DNA from: a bacterium
Lineage (GTDB): Bacteria > SZUA-182 > DTGQ01
Length of the DNA: 56,288 nt
Direction: 5' to 3'
NCBI GenBank assembly: GCA_040752695.1
Contig: JBFMGO010000028.1
Location: forward strand, 1-56,288
The position numbers were made by a program, and so were the translations under genes. Of this stretch, positions 38,994 to 50,063 are shown one piece after another; position 1 is the first letter of the stretch, and each line of letters starts with the position of its first letter. The notes beneath the pieces were generated by a model that was not told the DNA's origin, did not search any database, and saw only the letters and a list, made by a program, of their open reading frames with translations.

Positions 38994-39904
38994 GCCTCAT
39001 GAAGGTCGTGCATTTTTTTCCCTTTTCTGCAAGCTGCCGGATGGGAGAGTTTGCCGGGACTGTATGGTTTTACCTCGACCGCCGTCACCGGGCGATTACC
39101 CTGGATAACCTGAAGAGAGCCTTTGGCCGCGAGTTGTCCGAAGCTCAGCAGGTCGATCTGGCCAGGAAGACGTATCGCACGCTGGGCAGGGTTCTGATGG
39201 AATGCATTTCCCTGCCCTCGCTCACGGCTGAAGCTCTACGGGATTATGTTTCAATAAGTGGCCTTCGGCATTTGCGTGAAGCGCAAAAGCAGGGGAAAGG
39301 GATATTGATTCTGACCGCCCATTTCGGCAATTGGGAATTACTGGCGCTGGCCTTTAATCTGTACGGATTTCGTTCTTCGGCAGTGGCCAGGCCTCTGGAT
39401 AATCCATATCTGGATCGGCTGGTCAAAAGCATCAGGAGCAAATATGGCAACCAGCTTATCAGTAAAAAAGGAGCGGTTAAGGAAATTATAAGATGTCTGG
39501 CTCAAAAGGGCATGGTGGGTGTTTTAATTGACCAGAACGTCTCCAGCCGTGAAGGGGTATTTGTCGATTTTTTTGGCACTCCGGCTTCGACCACTCCTGT
39601 TCTGGCTGCCTTGAGCCAAAAGACCGGCGCTCCGGTCTTACCCATTTTCATGGTACCAAGAAAAAGAGATAACGGAATGGGGGAGAACGGCTATGTCATA
39701 AAGATAGGTAAGCCGGTAACCCTGATCAATACCGGGGAAAAAGAAAGGGATTTGATCGTGAACACAGCCCGGTTTACCCATATCATCGAAGAGCATATAC
39801 GTGCCTATCCTCATTGCTGGTTCTGGATGCATCGGCGATGGAAAATCCGTCCGGAAGACCAGTTGCAGGAGTGGGGGAAAATCCGGCAGGCAGGAGAGCA
39901 GTGA
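38930..39904 (+). CDS. lpxL: Lipid A late acyltransferase (LpxL/HtrB family)
   Basis: TAHFGNWE, LIDQN, FVDFFG, WFWMHRRWK. Confidence 0.9.
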   Translation: MGKKIKPEAKFRDLISYWLVLSLMKVVHFFPFSASCRMGEFAGTVWFYLDRRHRAITLDNLKRAFGRELSEAQQVDLARKTYRTLGRVLMECISLPSLTAEALRDYVSISGLRHLREAQKQGKGILILTAHFGNWELLALAFNLYGFRSSAVARPLDNPYLDRLVKSIRSKYGNQLISKKGAVKEIIRCLAQKGMVGVLIDQNVSSREGVFVDFFGTPASTTPVLAALSQKTGAPVLPIFMVPRKRDNGMGENGYVIKIGKPVTLINTGEKERDLIVNTARFTHIIEEHIRAYPHCWFWMHRRWKIRPEDQLQEWGKIRQAGEQ

Positions 39905-40983
39905 GAGTAGACGCGAGCTTTGCGATTAAAACAGAAAAGATCAAAAATATCCTTGTTCGGGGAACCAACTGGGTTGGCGATGCCGTGATGACTCTCCCGG
40001 CTCTGGCCGCAATCCGGCAGAATTTCCCCGGTGCCAGGATTACGGTTCTGGCCAAACCCTGGGTGCAGGGCGTATATGCACATTGCCCGGATATCGATGG
40101 AATCATGACCTTCGACCAGCAGGCCGGTTTCCTGAATTCACGATACTACAGATCACGATACCTTTTGATCAGGCAACTGCGCAATCAGCAGTTTGATATG
40201 GCTGTTTTACTTCAAAATGCCTTCGAGGCAGCCTTGATTGCTTTTGGGGCCGGTATCCCCTGCCGTGTGGGATACAATACCGACAGAAGGTCATGGCTAT
40301 TGACCCATAAGGTAAGGATATCGGAAGAAATCCTTTCCGTGCATCAGGTCTACTACTACCTGGGGATGCTGGAATCACTCGGCTGGACGGTAAAAGAGCC
40401 CGCTCCCCGGCTTTTGATCACTTCCCGGGAGAAGGAAAAGGCAGTCCGGTACCTGACTGATAAAGGGTGGCAAGAGCCGGATTTATTACTGGGATTTAAT
40501 CCCGGCGCTTTTTTTGGCCCGGCCAAACGGTGGCTTCCGGAGTATTACGCCGCTGTGGCAGACAGGGCTGTGCAGCACTATGGGGCCAAATGCATTATTT
40601 TCGGAAGTACCAGCGACCTGCCGGCAGCCAGGGAGATGGCATCCAGGATGCAATCCGCTCAACCCATCCTGTCTGCCGGGGAAACCGGCCTGGAGGAACT
40701 GCCGGGCCTTTTGAGCATGTGCTCTCTGTTTATTACCAATGATTCCGGATTGATGCATATGGCCGCTGCCCTGGGAATTCCGGTAATAGCCATTTTTGGT
40801 TCCACAGACCCTCGAACCACCTCTCCATACGGTGAGGAGCATACCGTCATTTACAGGCGTGTTCCATGCAGCCCATGCCTGCGCAGGGAATGCCCCACGG
40901 ACCACAAATGCATGAAGGCGGTAACCGTGGATGATGTCTGGCAGGCAGTAGTTGAAAAGCAGGAGTCAAGAGCCAGAAAATAA
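39901..40983 (+). CDS. waaF: LPS heptosyltransferase II
   Basis: NWVGDAVM, NPGA.FGPAKRW, NDSGLMH.AAA, FGST. Confidence 0.93.
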   Translation: MRVDASFAIKTEKIKNILVRGTNWVGDAVMTLPALAAIRQNFPGARITVLAKPWVQGVYAHCPDIDGIMTFDQQAGFLNSRYYRSRYLLIRQLRNQQFDMAVLLQNAFEAALIAFGAGIPCRVGYNTDRRSWLLTHKVRISEEILSVHQVYYYLGMLESLGWTVKEPAPRLLITSREKEKAVRYLTDKGWQEPDLLLGFNPGAFFGPAKRWLPEYYAAVADRAVQHYGAKCIIFGSTSDLPAAREMASRMQSAQPILSAGETGLEELPGLLSMCSLFITNDSGLMHMAAALGIPVIAIFGSTDPRTTSPYGEEHTVIYRRVPCSPCLRRECPTDHKCMKAVTVDDVWQAVVEKQESRARK

Positions 40984-41059
40984 GGAGCCAAAAAACCATA
41001 TAAGTATCTCAAAGGCAGTCCAGCTCAGGTAATAGTATCGTATCAAGGTAGTCAGGAGT

Positions 41060-41170
41060 CAATTATCCAGTGTCCGGCATCCACTACTCAATAACAATCG
41101 TCCGGTATCCAGTGCCCAGCAATCACCGTCCATTGTCCATTGTCCAGTACGCAGTAATCCGGCAACCAGT
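41060..41170. repeat. Degenerate heptamer repeat (tatccag/tgtccgg/catccac)
   Basis: Run of 7-nt units between waaF and gmhB. Confidence 0.65.
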
Positions 41171-41224
41171 ACCTGTTCCTCCTGACCTTTATATCTCTCA
41201 ACAAGAAGTGAGGTTTGAGTTTCT

Positions 41225-41902
41225 ATGGAAAAAGAAGAAAGATGTCGAGCAATATTTATGGACCGGGATGGAACCATAAGTGAGGAAGTAGGATATGTAA
41301 ATCATTTGAGCCGCTTTCGCTTATTGCCCAGAACGGCTGAAGCGGTCAAACTGATTAATCAGAGTGGTTTTAAGGCCATTGTGGTTACGAATCAATCAGG
41401 AGTAGCCCGTGGATACTTTCCTGAAGGGTTGGTCAGGGAAATACACACCAAAATGCAAATGCTTCTCAGCCAGCAGGGAGCCCATGTGGATCGCATCTAT
41501 TATTGTCCTCATCATCCCGATGTGGGCACAGCCAATTACCGGATGAACTGCGACTGCCGTAAACCGAAAATCGGTATGCTCAAGAAGGCCGTCCGGGATC
41601 TCAAGGTGGATTTATCCCAATCCTATATCATTGGTGACAAGCACACCGAGGTAGTTACCGGACACAGAGCGGGGATAAAATCAGTTCTGGTCTTGACCGG
41701 CTACGGTATTGGAGAGCTTGAGCTTTACGGTGACCAGTGGGAGCAAAAACCCGACTTTGTGGCTGAAGACCTTCTTTCTGCAGTCAAATGGATCCTCCAC
41801 CAGGAGTCGCAGAAGAAAAAGACGGAAGCGGAAAAGGAGCAAAAGGCCCGGGCAGGGCAGGAGGAGCAGGCCGGAGTAGGGCAGGAGGAGAAAAACTCTT
41901 GA
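41225..41902 (+). CDS. gmhB: D-glycero-D-manno-heptose 1,7-bisphosphate phosphatase
   Basis: DRDGT, VTNQSG, YYCPHHP, CDCRKP, IGD. Confidence 0.93.
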   Translation: MEKEERCRAIFMDRDGTISEEVGYVNHLSRFRLLPRTAEAVKLINQSGFKAIVVTNQSGVARGYFPEGLVREIHTKMQMLLSQQGAHVDRIYYCPHHPDVGTANYRMNCDCRKPKIGMLKKAVRDLKVDLSQSYIIGDKHTEVVTGHRAGIKSVLVLTGYGIGELELYGDQWEQKPDFVAEDLLSAVKWILHQESQKKKTEAEKEQKARAGQEEQAGVGQEEKNS

Positions 41903-43017
41903 CAGACACCCGGCGGCTTCTGACCATTCTGGATCAGTTTTCTTCGAAAAAGATCATGGTACTTGGCGATCTGATTGCCGATGAGTATGTGTTTACCAAT
42001 TGTTCTCGCATCTCGCGGGAGGCGCCTGTCCTGATTTTGCGGTATGAATCGAGGAAGGTGATTTTGGGCGGAGGGGCCAACGCAACACACAACGTTTCTA
42101 CCCTGGGCGCTGAAGTGTGGCCGGTCGGAGTGGTAGGAAAAGATGAAATGGGCGAATGCGTGCTGGATCTGATGAGGGAGAAGGGAATTTCTACCGGTTT
42201 GATCCACATGGTCAAAGGAGTCCACACTACCACCAAGACAAGAGTGTTGGCCGGGAGCCATCATACGACCAAGCAGCAGGTTGTCCGGATCGACCGGGAG
42301 CCGGATGGGCGTGCTCATGGCGAGGTGGAGGAGTTTGTCATTCATTCCCTGGAGAACAATATCGACCGGGTCGATGCCCTTTTGGTTTCCGATTATGGCC
42401 TGGGCATCTGCACTGCGAAAGTCAGGGAGAAAATCAGCCAATTGGCTGAGCAGACATCAAAGATCATCACCGTGGACTCCCGGTACGAAATCCTCTCCTA
42501 CCGGGGGGTGACAGCCCTGACCCCCAATGAGCCCGAGATCGAGGGTGCCCTGCATGTGCAGCTCAACAGCGAGGCTGACCTTGAGGCATGCGGTCAGTCG
42601 GCTCTTCGAAAGACCGGCTGCCAGAACATTCTGATCACCCGCGGCAAGAAAGGCATGTTCCTTCTGGAGCGAAGCGGTGATTCTTGCTTTATTCCAATCT
42701 ACGGGAAAGATGAAGTAGCGGATGTTACCGGTGCAGGTGATACGGTTATCAGCACCTTTACCCTGGCCCTTACGGCCGGTGCTACCAGAATTGAGGCAGC
42801 AAGATTGGCTAATTATGCGGGAGGCATCGTGGTTATGAAAGTCGGAACCGCTCCTATCTATTGGAAGGAGTTACAGGAAGCGGTACGGGGGGAAGAGACA
42901 TTTGAAGAAGCGGACAGGGCAGACGGAGAAAAGGACGATGCGGTCGGAGAATCGGTGGAGGTGGCCAAAGGAGCGGAGCATGCGGTCAAAGAAGTGAAGG
43001 GGGGTGCAGGATCATGA
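41899..43017 (+). CDS. rfaE1: Heptose 7-phosphate kinase (RfaE domain I, PfkB family)
   Basis: [28 protein letters not shown]. Confidence 0.9.
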   Translation: MTDTRRLLTILDQFSSKKIMVLGDLIADEYVFTNCSRISREAPVLILRYESRKVILGGGANATHNVSTLGAEVWPVGVVGKDEMGECVLDLMREKGISTGLIHMVKGVHTTTKTRVLAGSHHTTKQQVVRIDREPDGRAHGEVEEFVIHSLENNIDRVDALLVSDYGLGICTAKVREKISQLAEQTSKIITVDSRYEILSYRGVTALTPNEPEIEGALHVQLNSEADLEACGQSALRKTGCQNILITRGKKGMFLLERSGDSCFIPIYGKDEVADVTGAGDTVISTFTLALTAGATRIEAARLANYAGGIVVMKVGTAPIYWKELQEAVRGEETFEEADRADGEKDDAVGESVEVAKGAEHAVKEVKGGAGS

Positions 43018-43514
43018 GCCGCTGTTTTAGCCAATACCTTGCGGTTAAACTCAAGAGCCGGGATGAACTGCCTCTCCTTACCGAACAGCTTCGGACCGAA
43101 GGAAAACGGATTGTCCTGGCCAATGGATGCTTTGATCTTCTGCATGTGGGGCATATCCGGTATTTGGCGGGAGCCAGGGAACTGGGGGATGTTTTGATTG
43201 TAGGCATCAACAGTGATCAATCCACCCGCCTTTTAAAAGGTCCTCCCAGGCCCGTGTTTCCGCAGGAGGAGAGAGCGGAGATGCTGGCTGCTCTGGCCTG
43301 TGTCGACTACCTTACCATTTTCCCGGAGCTTACGGTTGAGAGCCTCCTTTTGGCGCTGAAACCGGATATCCACGCCAAGGGGACAGATTACACGGAGGAA
43401 AGTGTGCCGGAGGCCGCTATCGTTCGCTCCTTAGGGGGGAGGGTGGCTATCGTGGGAGATCCCAAAAATCACTCTTCCAGCCAGATCATTTCAGGAGTCA
43501 AGGGGAAGGGATGA
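43014..43514 (+). CDS. rfaE2: Heptose 1-phosphate adenylyltransferase (RfaE domain II)
   Basis: [20 protein letters not shown]. Confidence 0.9.
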   Translation: MSRCFSQYLAVKLKSRDELPLLTEQLRTEGKRIVLANGCFDLLHVGHIRYLAGARELGDVLIVGINSDQSTRLLKGPPRPVFPQEERAEMLAALACVDYLTIFPELTVESLLLALKPDIHAKGTDYTEESVPEAAIVRSLGGRVAIVGDPKNHSSSQIISGVKGKG

Positions 43515-43620
43515 GAGGGTGCGGGGATGAGACAGGGATGAGAGGACCAGGGATAAGGCGTAAGGTCCAGGACCCGGCGATTGGAAACTGGGAAGAAGAA
43601 AAGGCAGCCAGCCATAAAAA

Positions 43621-44697
43621 ATGAAACGGGGCAGTATGCAGGAATTTAGAAAGATTGCCATCATTAAACTGAGTGCCATCGGGGATGTGGTCCATGCCCT
43701 GCCTGTGGCCTCAGCGCTGCGGGAGCGGTACCCGGATGCGCACCTTGCCTGGATTGTGCAGGGTAAGTGCCGGGACATTCTGGAAGGGAATCCGGACCTG
43801 GACGAGGTCATCGTTTTTGACAAGGACCGGTGGCTGCTGGAAATCCCCTATCCCCACAAGACCGCTTCGATTCTTTGGGAAATGTACCGGTTTGGCAGCC
43901 GGTTGCGCAGGGCGGGCTTCGATCTGGCCATTGATCTGCAAGGATTGATTAAAAGCGGTCTTTTGACCCGGCTGACCGGTGCAGGCACGCGGATCGGCTT
44001 TCGTGCGGATTATTGCCGGGAACCTGCCAGTGCCCGTTTCACCAACTGCCACATTGCTCCTTCGAGTGGAGATGTTCACATTATCGACCGGTGTTTGAGC
44101 CTGATTCGGGGGCTGGGAGCGGACACAGACCATAAGCGGTTCAAATTTCATATCCCAAAGGAGGATCACGCCTCTATTGCCGCGTTCCTCAAGAAAAAGA
44201 AGGTGCCGAAGGACACTCTGCTGGTGCTGATAAACCCTGGGGCCGGATGGAAGACGAAACTCTGGGGAGAGGAGAACTATGCAGCCCTCGCTGACCGGAT
44301 TGTCTTGGAACTGAGGGGCAGGGGGGTGGCAGTGATTTTTTTATGGGGGCCAAAGGAGCTTTCCATGGTAAAATCCATTCAAAAAAAGATGCACCAGCCC
44401 TCGTTGCTGGCCTGCCCCACGAATCTGAAACAATCCCTGGCCTTGATGCAAAGGGCGCATCTTTTTATAGCCGGAGATACAGGACCACTGCACATGGCAG
44501 CCGCAATCGGCACCCCCTGTGTCGGGATATATGGACCCAGCTCACCGGAGCGAAACGGCCCCTATGGCGACTTCCACACCGTAGTGCAGGCCGCTGTTCC
44601 CTGCAAGGGTTGCTTTCGCAGGTTTTGCGATAATATCATATGTATGGAATCAATCCCGGTCGATGAGGTGATGGATGCCGTCCGGAATGTGCTTTAA
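43621..44697 (+). CDS. waaC: LPS heptosyltransferase I (GT9)
   Basis: IKLSAIGDVVH, DLQGLIKS, GDTGPLH.AAA. Confidence 0.88.
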   Translation: MKRGSMQEFRKIAIIKLSAIGDVVHALPVASALRERYPDAHLAWIVQGKCRDILEGNPDLDEVIVFDKDRWLLEIPYPHKTASILWEMYRFGSRLRRAGFDLAIDLQGLIKSGLLTRLTGAGTRIGFRADYCREPASARFTNCHIAPSSGDVHIIDRCLSLIRGLGADTDHKRFKFHIPKEDHASIAAFLKKKKVPKDTLLVLINPGAGWKTKLWGEENYAALADRIVLELRGRGVAVIFLWGPKELSMVKSIQKKMHQPSLLACPTNLKQSLALMQRAHLFIAGDTGPLHMAAAIGTPCVGIYGPSSPERNGPYGDFHTVVQAAVPCKGCFRRFCDNIICMESIPVDEVMDAVRNVL

Positions 44698-44799
44698 AAG
44701 AATGTGCCGGATGGGGCATTGAACCGATAGATAGGAAAGAGGGATGGCAGGCATACCATTAGGTTATAGTCAGATGCTATACAATGAGGGGAGAACTCT

Positions 44800-45768
44800 A
44801 TGAAATGCTTAGTCACTGGAGTTGCTGGTTTTATCGGTTCCAGTCTGTCGGATGAGTTGATCAGACTTGGCCATCAGGTCGCAGGGATCGATTGTTTCCT
44901 CGACTATTACCCCCGCCTTTTCAAAGAAGATAATCTGGAGGAGCTGCGCAAGAGTGACCGGTTTACCTTCGTAGAGCAATCGATTTTGACAGCGGATTTG
45001 CAGGAATTGCTCAAAGGGGTGGATGTGGTTTTTCATCTGGCTGCCCAGGCCGGAGTGCGGGCCAGTTGGGGGAAGGATTTTGAGATTTACACGGAAAATA
45101 ATATCCGGGGAACCCAAAGGATGCTGGAGGCATGCAAGGACATAAAACTGAAAAAATTCATCTACGCTTCTTCCTCTTCAGTTTATGGCGATGCACTCTC
45201 TTTGCCCATGAAAGAAACCGATAATCCGCATCCAGTCTCTCCCTACGGGGTTTCCAAACTGGCCGCTGAACATCTTACCTATCTTTACTGGAAAAACTTC
45301 GGCATTCCCGTGATATCGCTTCGCTATTTCACGGTTTTTGGCCCCAGGCAGAGGCCGGATATGGCTTTCCATAAATTTCTGGCAGCCGCGCTTAGGGAAA
45401 AGCCTATCGAGATGTATGGCACAGGAGAGCAAACCCGTGATTTCACTTATATCTCCGATATCGTCAAGGCTCACATACTGGCTGCGGAAAGTCCTGCGGA
45501 GGGAGAGGTCTTCAACATCGGGGGAGGGAACCGAATCAGCCTGACAGAAGTTATTCCGATTATTGAGGAGGTTACGGGGAAAAAACTGGCTATCATATCC
45601 AAACCTGCCCAAAAAGGGGATGCCAGGCATACCTATGCCGACATTACGAAGGCAGGCGAAATCCTGCACTTCAAGCCAACGATTTCAGTTCGGGAAGGTC
45701 TGGGAAGGCAGTGCGCCTGGATAAAAGCTTTTTGGAATAAGAAGGGGAAAGAAAATGTCTATCGATAA
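44800..45768 (+). CDS. NAD-dependent nucleotide-sugar epimerase/dehydratase
   Basis: TGVAGFIGS, HLAAQAGVR, SSSSVYG, YGVSK, GPRQRPDM. Confidence 0.92.
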   Translation: MKCLVTGVAGFIGSSLSDELIRLGHQVAGIDCFLDYYPRLFKEDNLEELRKSDRFTFVEQSILTADLQELLKGVDVVFHLAAQAGVRASWGKDFEIYTENNIRGTQRMLEACKDIKLKKFIYASSSSVYGDALSLPMKETDNPHPVSPYGVSKLAAEHLTYLYWKNFGIPVISLRYFTVFGPRQRPDMAFHKFLAAALREKPIEMYGTGEQTRDFTYISDIVKAHILAAESPAEGEVFNIGGGNRISLTEVIPIIEEVTGKKLAIISKPAQKGDARHTYADITKAGEILHFKPTISVREGLGRQCAWIKAFWNKKGKENVYR

Positions 45769-45928
45769 AGAACTGCTGGAAATCCTGGTTTGTCCGAAAT
45801 GCAAAGGAGATATTCAATTAACGCCTCAGGAGGATGGATTCATCTGTGAGCACTGCAAGCTGAAATACCCCATCCGTGACGATATTCCGGTTATGCTCAT
45901 TGACGAGGCAATGAAACTGAAAGATTAA
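45755..45928 (+). CDS. Trm112/YcaR-family small protein (57 aa; below the ORF-track cutoff)
   Basis: MSIDKELLEILVCPKCKG...ICEHCKLKYPIRDDIPVMLIDEA. Confidence 0.92.
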   Translation: MSIDKELLEILVCPKCKGDIQLTPQEDGFICEHCKLKYPIRDDIPVMLIDEAMKLKD

Positions 45929-45965
45929 GTTTTTTACGCTCAACCGATCGAAAACAACACTTCTC

Positions 45966-46023
45966 GCCATGGAGAAGGGGAAAGCAGTTCCATCGCCTCC
46001 TTCCTCTTACTCCATGGCTTTTT
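45966..46023 (+). terminator. Terminator-like hairpin after the LPS operon
   Basis: GCCATGGAG...CTCCATGGC followed by a T-run. Confidence 0.5.
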
Positions 46024-46102
46024 ACCACCGTCTCTTTTCATGGCTCCATCAACCGCTTTATTTCCTAACCACTTAAACGACAAGAGTTCAGATACTGGCT
46101 GC

Positions 46103-47032
46103 TCACTCACGAGTTACCACCCATAAGGTACTTGACTCCCGGCTGTCAGCGCTTTTCCACAGGTGGGGGATAATGGCCTCGAAGAAAATGGTATCTCCTT
46201 CGTTGACTCTCACCCTCTCATTTCCCAGTTCTACATCGACTGAGCCCGACAGAACATAGCCGAACTTATATCCCTCATGGGTAATATACTCTTCAAAAGA
46301 CTTCTGATTCGCTCCAAGATATGAGATGAAAACTTCATTCCTGTAGTCTTTCTTGTCTTTGATCAGGAACTCCAGCTTATTGTCGGAATTATCGAAAAGG
46401 AGCTTCTCTCTCTCACCTTTGCGGCTAAGAACCCATTTTTTGTGTTTTTCGATCTCGAAAAACTCAATGGGATGGACGCTCAAGGCCATGGCTATCTTGT
46501 TAATAGTCGTAATCGATGGAGAAATTTTCCCGTTTTCGATCATGGAAATGGAACTTTCGGTCAACCCGGATCTGGTACTCAACTGTTTGATCTTGATGCC
46601 CTTGCTCTTGCGGATGCTCTTGATCTTTTCTCCCAGTTTGCTCAGGATGTTATTTTTGACTTCAAGGTTGATGTTGCTTCGGATAATATCGAGCAATTCC
46701 TCATTCTTAAAAGGCTTTTTGAGGTAGTCGATAGCCCCGTTCTTCATTGTGGATACAGCGGAATCTACAGACGGATATCCTGTCAGAATGATTACCTTGG
46801 AGTGGGGAGATACCTTTTTGATTTCGGTGATCCCCTGGCTGCCGTTGATATCAGGAAGTTTCAGGTCAAGGAGTACGATATCGAAAATATCGTTTTTCAG
46901 TTTATAGAGGGAATCGTTGATATTGGTTACAGAGGATACCTTGTATCCGTCTTTCACCAAAAGCTCTACAATGAATTCGCTGAGATCCTGATCGTCATCG
47001 ACCACCAGAATATTGGCTTTATCAAATACCAT
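46103..47032 (-). CDS. Response regulator: REC + XRE HTH + cupin
   Basis: ILVVDDD, LLDLKLP, TGY, KPF; LGEKIKSIRK...SMIENGKISPS; H.G..FGYVLSG, GDTIFFEA..PH. Confidence 0.88.
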   Translation of the reverse strand: MVFDKANILVVDDDQDLSEFIVELLVKDGYKVSSVTNINDSLYKLKNDIFDIVLLDLKLPDINGSQGITEIKKVSPHSKVIILTGYPSVDSAVSTMKNGAIDYLKKPFKNEELLDIIRSNINLEVKNNILSKLGEKIKSIRKSKGIKIKQLSTRSGLTESSISMIENGKISPSITTINKIAMALSVHPIEFFEIEKHKKWVLSRKGEREKLLFDNSDNKLEFLIKDKKDYRNEVFISYLGANQKSFEEYITHEGYKFGYVLSGSVDVELGNERVRVNEGDTIFFEAIIPHLWKSADSRESSTLWVVTRE

Positions 47033-47441
47033 TTTTTGTCTCCTTCTTTTAAAGAGTAACGATAATCGTTTGGTTTTATTGGGTTAATAAAACCCTTTAT
47101 AAGATACAGATAGATTATACCATATTATTACTTTTTTGCAATACCCTCTTTTAATATATTATAAATAAGATTTGCTTTAGAAGCTTTGGATCTGTTTAGA
47201 GTAATTTGCTTTTGGGTAAGGATTTAAAAAAACCTGTATGTAATTGAATTTAATGTTTTATTTAGATCTTAAATTTGGTACTAATTAGCACAAGACATTA
47301 TAATGCCTTATTAAGTCTAGGATGCTATAAGTCGATCCATGTTTCAGAAAGAGTCTTATCCTTTCTTTTCGGCTTATCGAAAGGCAGACATCGGTTCTTT
47401 TTTTAAAAAATATTTTTTTTAATGGTTGATTTATGTAATCA

Positions 47442-48038
47442 TTATATGACGGTGGATAGCAGGGAAATCCCCAGGGCGTTCGTAAAGTTCTGTGTTGGGG
47501 CAAGCCCTGCCTGCGTGGCTGTATAAAGAAGTTCCGGCAGGTGGGGAGCAAAGGAATAGAGTGAGAATAAAGGGAGAGGAATAATACGTTCAGCCGGATT
47601 GTCAGAAAAATAACCTTTATTTAACAAAGGATAATAAAATGGAGTAGCAAAGTATGGATTAACCGTTATCGTACTGTCCTGGCTGGCAACCATGGAATTC
47701 CACAGGTAATTGAACGGCGATGGAGAGAACTGATAAAGTCCTTGCAGAGAGCTTGGATCGAAGGTTCGGTATTGTGCCGGGCTGTAAAGAGTATCGAGGG
47801 ATAGAGTAACTTCGTCCAGGTTAATGGACGGGTCAAACTGACCGTACGAGGACATGGGCAAAAGGGTATTATAATAGTAAGGGCTCAGATAGGATAGCAT
47901 ATAAGATGTTGATAATAAAGGTGTTGTTGATGATCCAAGATATGGATAAAATTGAGCATGCGCACCCTTTGGGCTGCCTGTCCATAAGCAGAAGACACCT
48001 ATGCCGAGCCACACGATTGATGATAATTTCTTTCTCAT
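47442..48038 (-). CDS. Secreted Tyr/Ser/Pro-rich hypothetical protein
   Basis: Signal peptide MRKKLSS...AHA|QFYPY; low-charge aromatic-rich mature part. Confidence 0.65.
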   Translation of the reverse strand: MRKKLSSIVWLGIGVFCLWTGSPKGAHAQFYPYLGSSTTPLLSTSYMLSYLSPYYYNTLLPMSSYGQFDPSINLDEVTLSLDTLYSPAQYRTFDPSSLQGLYQFSPSPFNYLWNSMVASQDSTITVNPYFATPFYYPLLNKGYFSDNPAERIIPLPLFSLYSFAPHLPELLYTATQAGLAPTQNFTNALGISLLSTVI

Positions 48039-48470
48039 GTATTGTAAGTCCCTTACTTTTTCTGTGCTGTGGGGAAGTTCCTTTGTCTTTGGCAGTTCTT
48101 CCACTCTGCATGTTTGTTCTTTATACAGTATACAGTTACAGTTTACTCACTAGATTTTACATCATTTTTCGTAAAATATCAATGTCATAATTTTTTTACA
48201 GGGCATTTTCATTCCACGTAGTTGGATTTGGGATGCCGACGGTGACCGGCGGCTGCCGGTGAATACTGCAGAGGGATGCCGGTTGCCGGTATCCGGATGG
48301 CTGAAGTGGGACGTTTGGATGATGAATGAGCGGTCAGGTACTGCGAATCTCATTTACAAATCGAGTATGTTTTGTTATATTCAATAAGGAATGGATATTT
48401 ATGATTTATTATGGAGATTATGGCCGTCTGGCAAGTAATAAGTGAACCCCCATATATTCAGGTAAGATAG

Positions 48471-50063
48471 ATGCATATAGACAATATCGATAATACGGAT
48501 AGTAAGGGCGTGGATTTTGATGAATTCATGCCTCCAGGAAAACTGAATGCTTCAATTTGCTTACTCTTGGTTGAGGACAGTCCTCAGCACCAGCAGCTTA
48601 TTAAAAATGCTTTATTGAATGGGCCGCTGAATATTTTAATCACTGTGGCGGACAGCGGAGAAAGGGGCCTTGAGTTATTGGCCAAAGAGCACTATGACGT
48701 GATTTTGCTGAACTACTCACTGCCAAAAATGAATGGACTTGAATTCCTGTGGTCCATGAAAAAAAGAGGGATTACTATCCCTACTATCATGATCACCGGG
48801 CATGGCAATGAGCAGGTCGCGGTCCAGGCCATGAAGATGGGAATTTACGATTACGTCAACAAGGATGGAGAATATTTAACCAAGCTTTATTTAATCATTC
48901 AGAGGGCTTTGGAGCGGCATGAATTAAAGATCCAGCAGGATGAACTGCGTCAGCGGACAGCTTACATCAACAAACGGCTGCAGCAGGAGAAAAGAAAGCT
49001 GGAAAATATCATCAGTGCCATTGGTGCCGGGCTGGCGATTATTGGCAGAGATTACCGTGTAATCTGGTCGAACCGGACCATGGAGGAATGGTTTAAAACA
49101 GACGGCGGGCTGGAAGGGATGCCATGTTTTGTCATTTTCAAGCGGGGTTCAAAGAACTGCAGCAAATGCATGATGCGCAGTACCTTTGAAAATGGCGGTA
49201 TTCAGAGAGTAAAGCACAGTCTGGTCAATAGTGACGGAGAGCGGAAACATTACCAGTTGACGACGACACCGCTTGTGGATATTAATGGAGACGTAATCCA
49301 GGTCCTCTGCCTGGTACAGGATATTACCCATCAGGTCGGCATGCAGCTTAAATTGATACAGGCCGGCAAATTGGCGGCTATCGGGGAGTTGGCCAGCGGC
49401 CTTGCCCATCAGTTGAATAATCCCCTGGTGGGCATCCTGAATTATGTTCAACTGATCCTGAGAAGGATCGCACCCGATGACCCGAATCGGGAACTGCTCG
49501 ATACGGTCGAGCGGGGAGCTAAGCAGTGCAGGGACATCGTAAGGAACCTGTTGAATTTTTCCAGGCCGCATCATTTCAACTTTGAGCTTTTGGACTTGCA
49601 GACCATTATTACCAGCACCCTGGTTTTGATCGAAAACACCCTGAAAGTTGGAAACATCAAGATAATCCGAGACATAAACAAGGCACTGCCTCCCATAGAG
49701 GGAAATGTGACTCAAATTCAGCAGGTTTTCTTAAACCTGCTCATGAATGCGCTCCATGCCATGCCGCAGGGGGGTGAAATCAGGATTTCGACTGACATTT
49801 TCCGGGATGATACTGTTGGCCTGGATTATGCGATTGTAAAGTTTGCCGATTCCGGCCGTGGTATTCCGAAAACCATCATTGAAAGAATCTTCGACCCCTT
49901 TTTTACGACCAAAGACAAGGATCACGGGACAGGACTCGGCCTCAGTATCGCCTATGGCATTATCAAGGCCCACAATGGCAAAATTGAGGTCGAGAGCGAG
50001 GAAGGCAAGGGTGCAACATTCCTGGTTTATTTCCCGATTGCTCATCCGAAGGAGAATTACTGA
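48471..50063 (+). CDS. Hybrid sensor histidine kinase (REC-PAS-HisKA-HATPase)
   Basis: LLVEDS, LAHQLNNPL H-box, QVFLNLLMNA, DSGRGI, FDPFFTTK, GTGLGL. Confidence 0.93.
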   Translation: MHIDNIDNTDSKGVDFDEFMPPGKLNASICLLLVEDSPQHQQLIKNALLNGPLNILITVADSGERGLELLAKEHYDVILLNYSLPKMNGLEFLWSMKKRGITIPTIMITGHGNEQVAVQAMKMGIYDYVNKDGEYLTKLYLIIQRALERHELKIQQDELRQRTAYINKRLQQEKRKLENIISAIGAGLAIIGRDYRVIWSNRTMEEWFKTDGGLEGMPCFVIFKRGSKNCSKCMMRSTFENGGIQRVKHSLVNSDGERKHYQLTTTPLVDINGDVIQVLCLVQDITHQVGMQLKLIQAGKLAAIGELASGLAHQLNNPLVGILNYVQLILRRIAPDDPNRELLDTVERGAKQCRDIVRNLLNFSRPHHFNFELLDLQTIITSTLVLIENTLKVGNIKIIRDINKALPPIEGNVTQIQQVFLNLLMNALHAMPQGGEIRISTDIFRDDTVGLDYAIVKFADSGRGIPKTIIERIFDPFFTTKDKDHGTGLGLSIAYGIIKAHNGKIEVESEEGKGATFLVYFPIAHPKENY

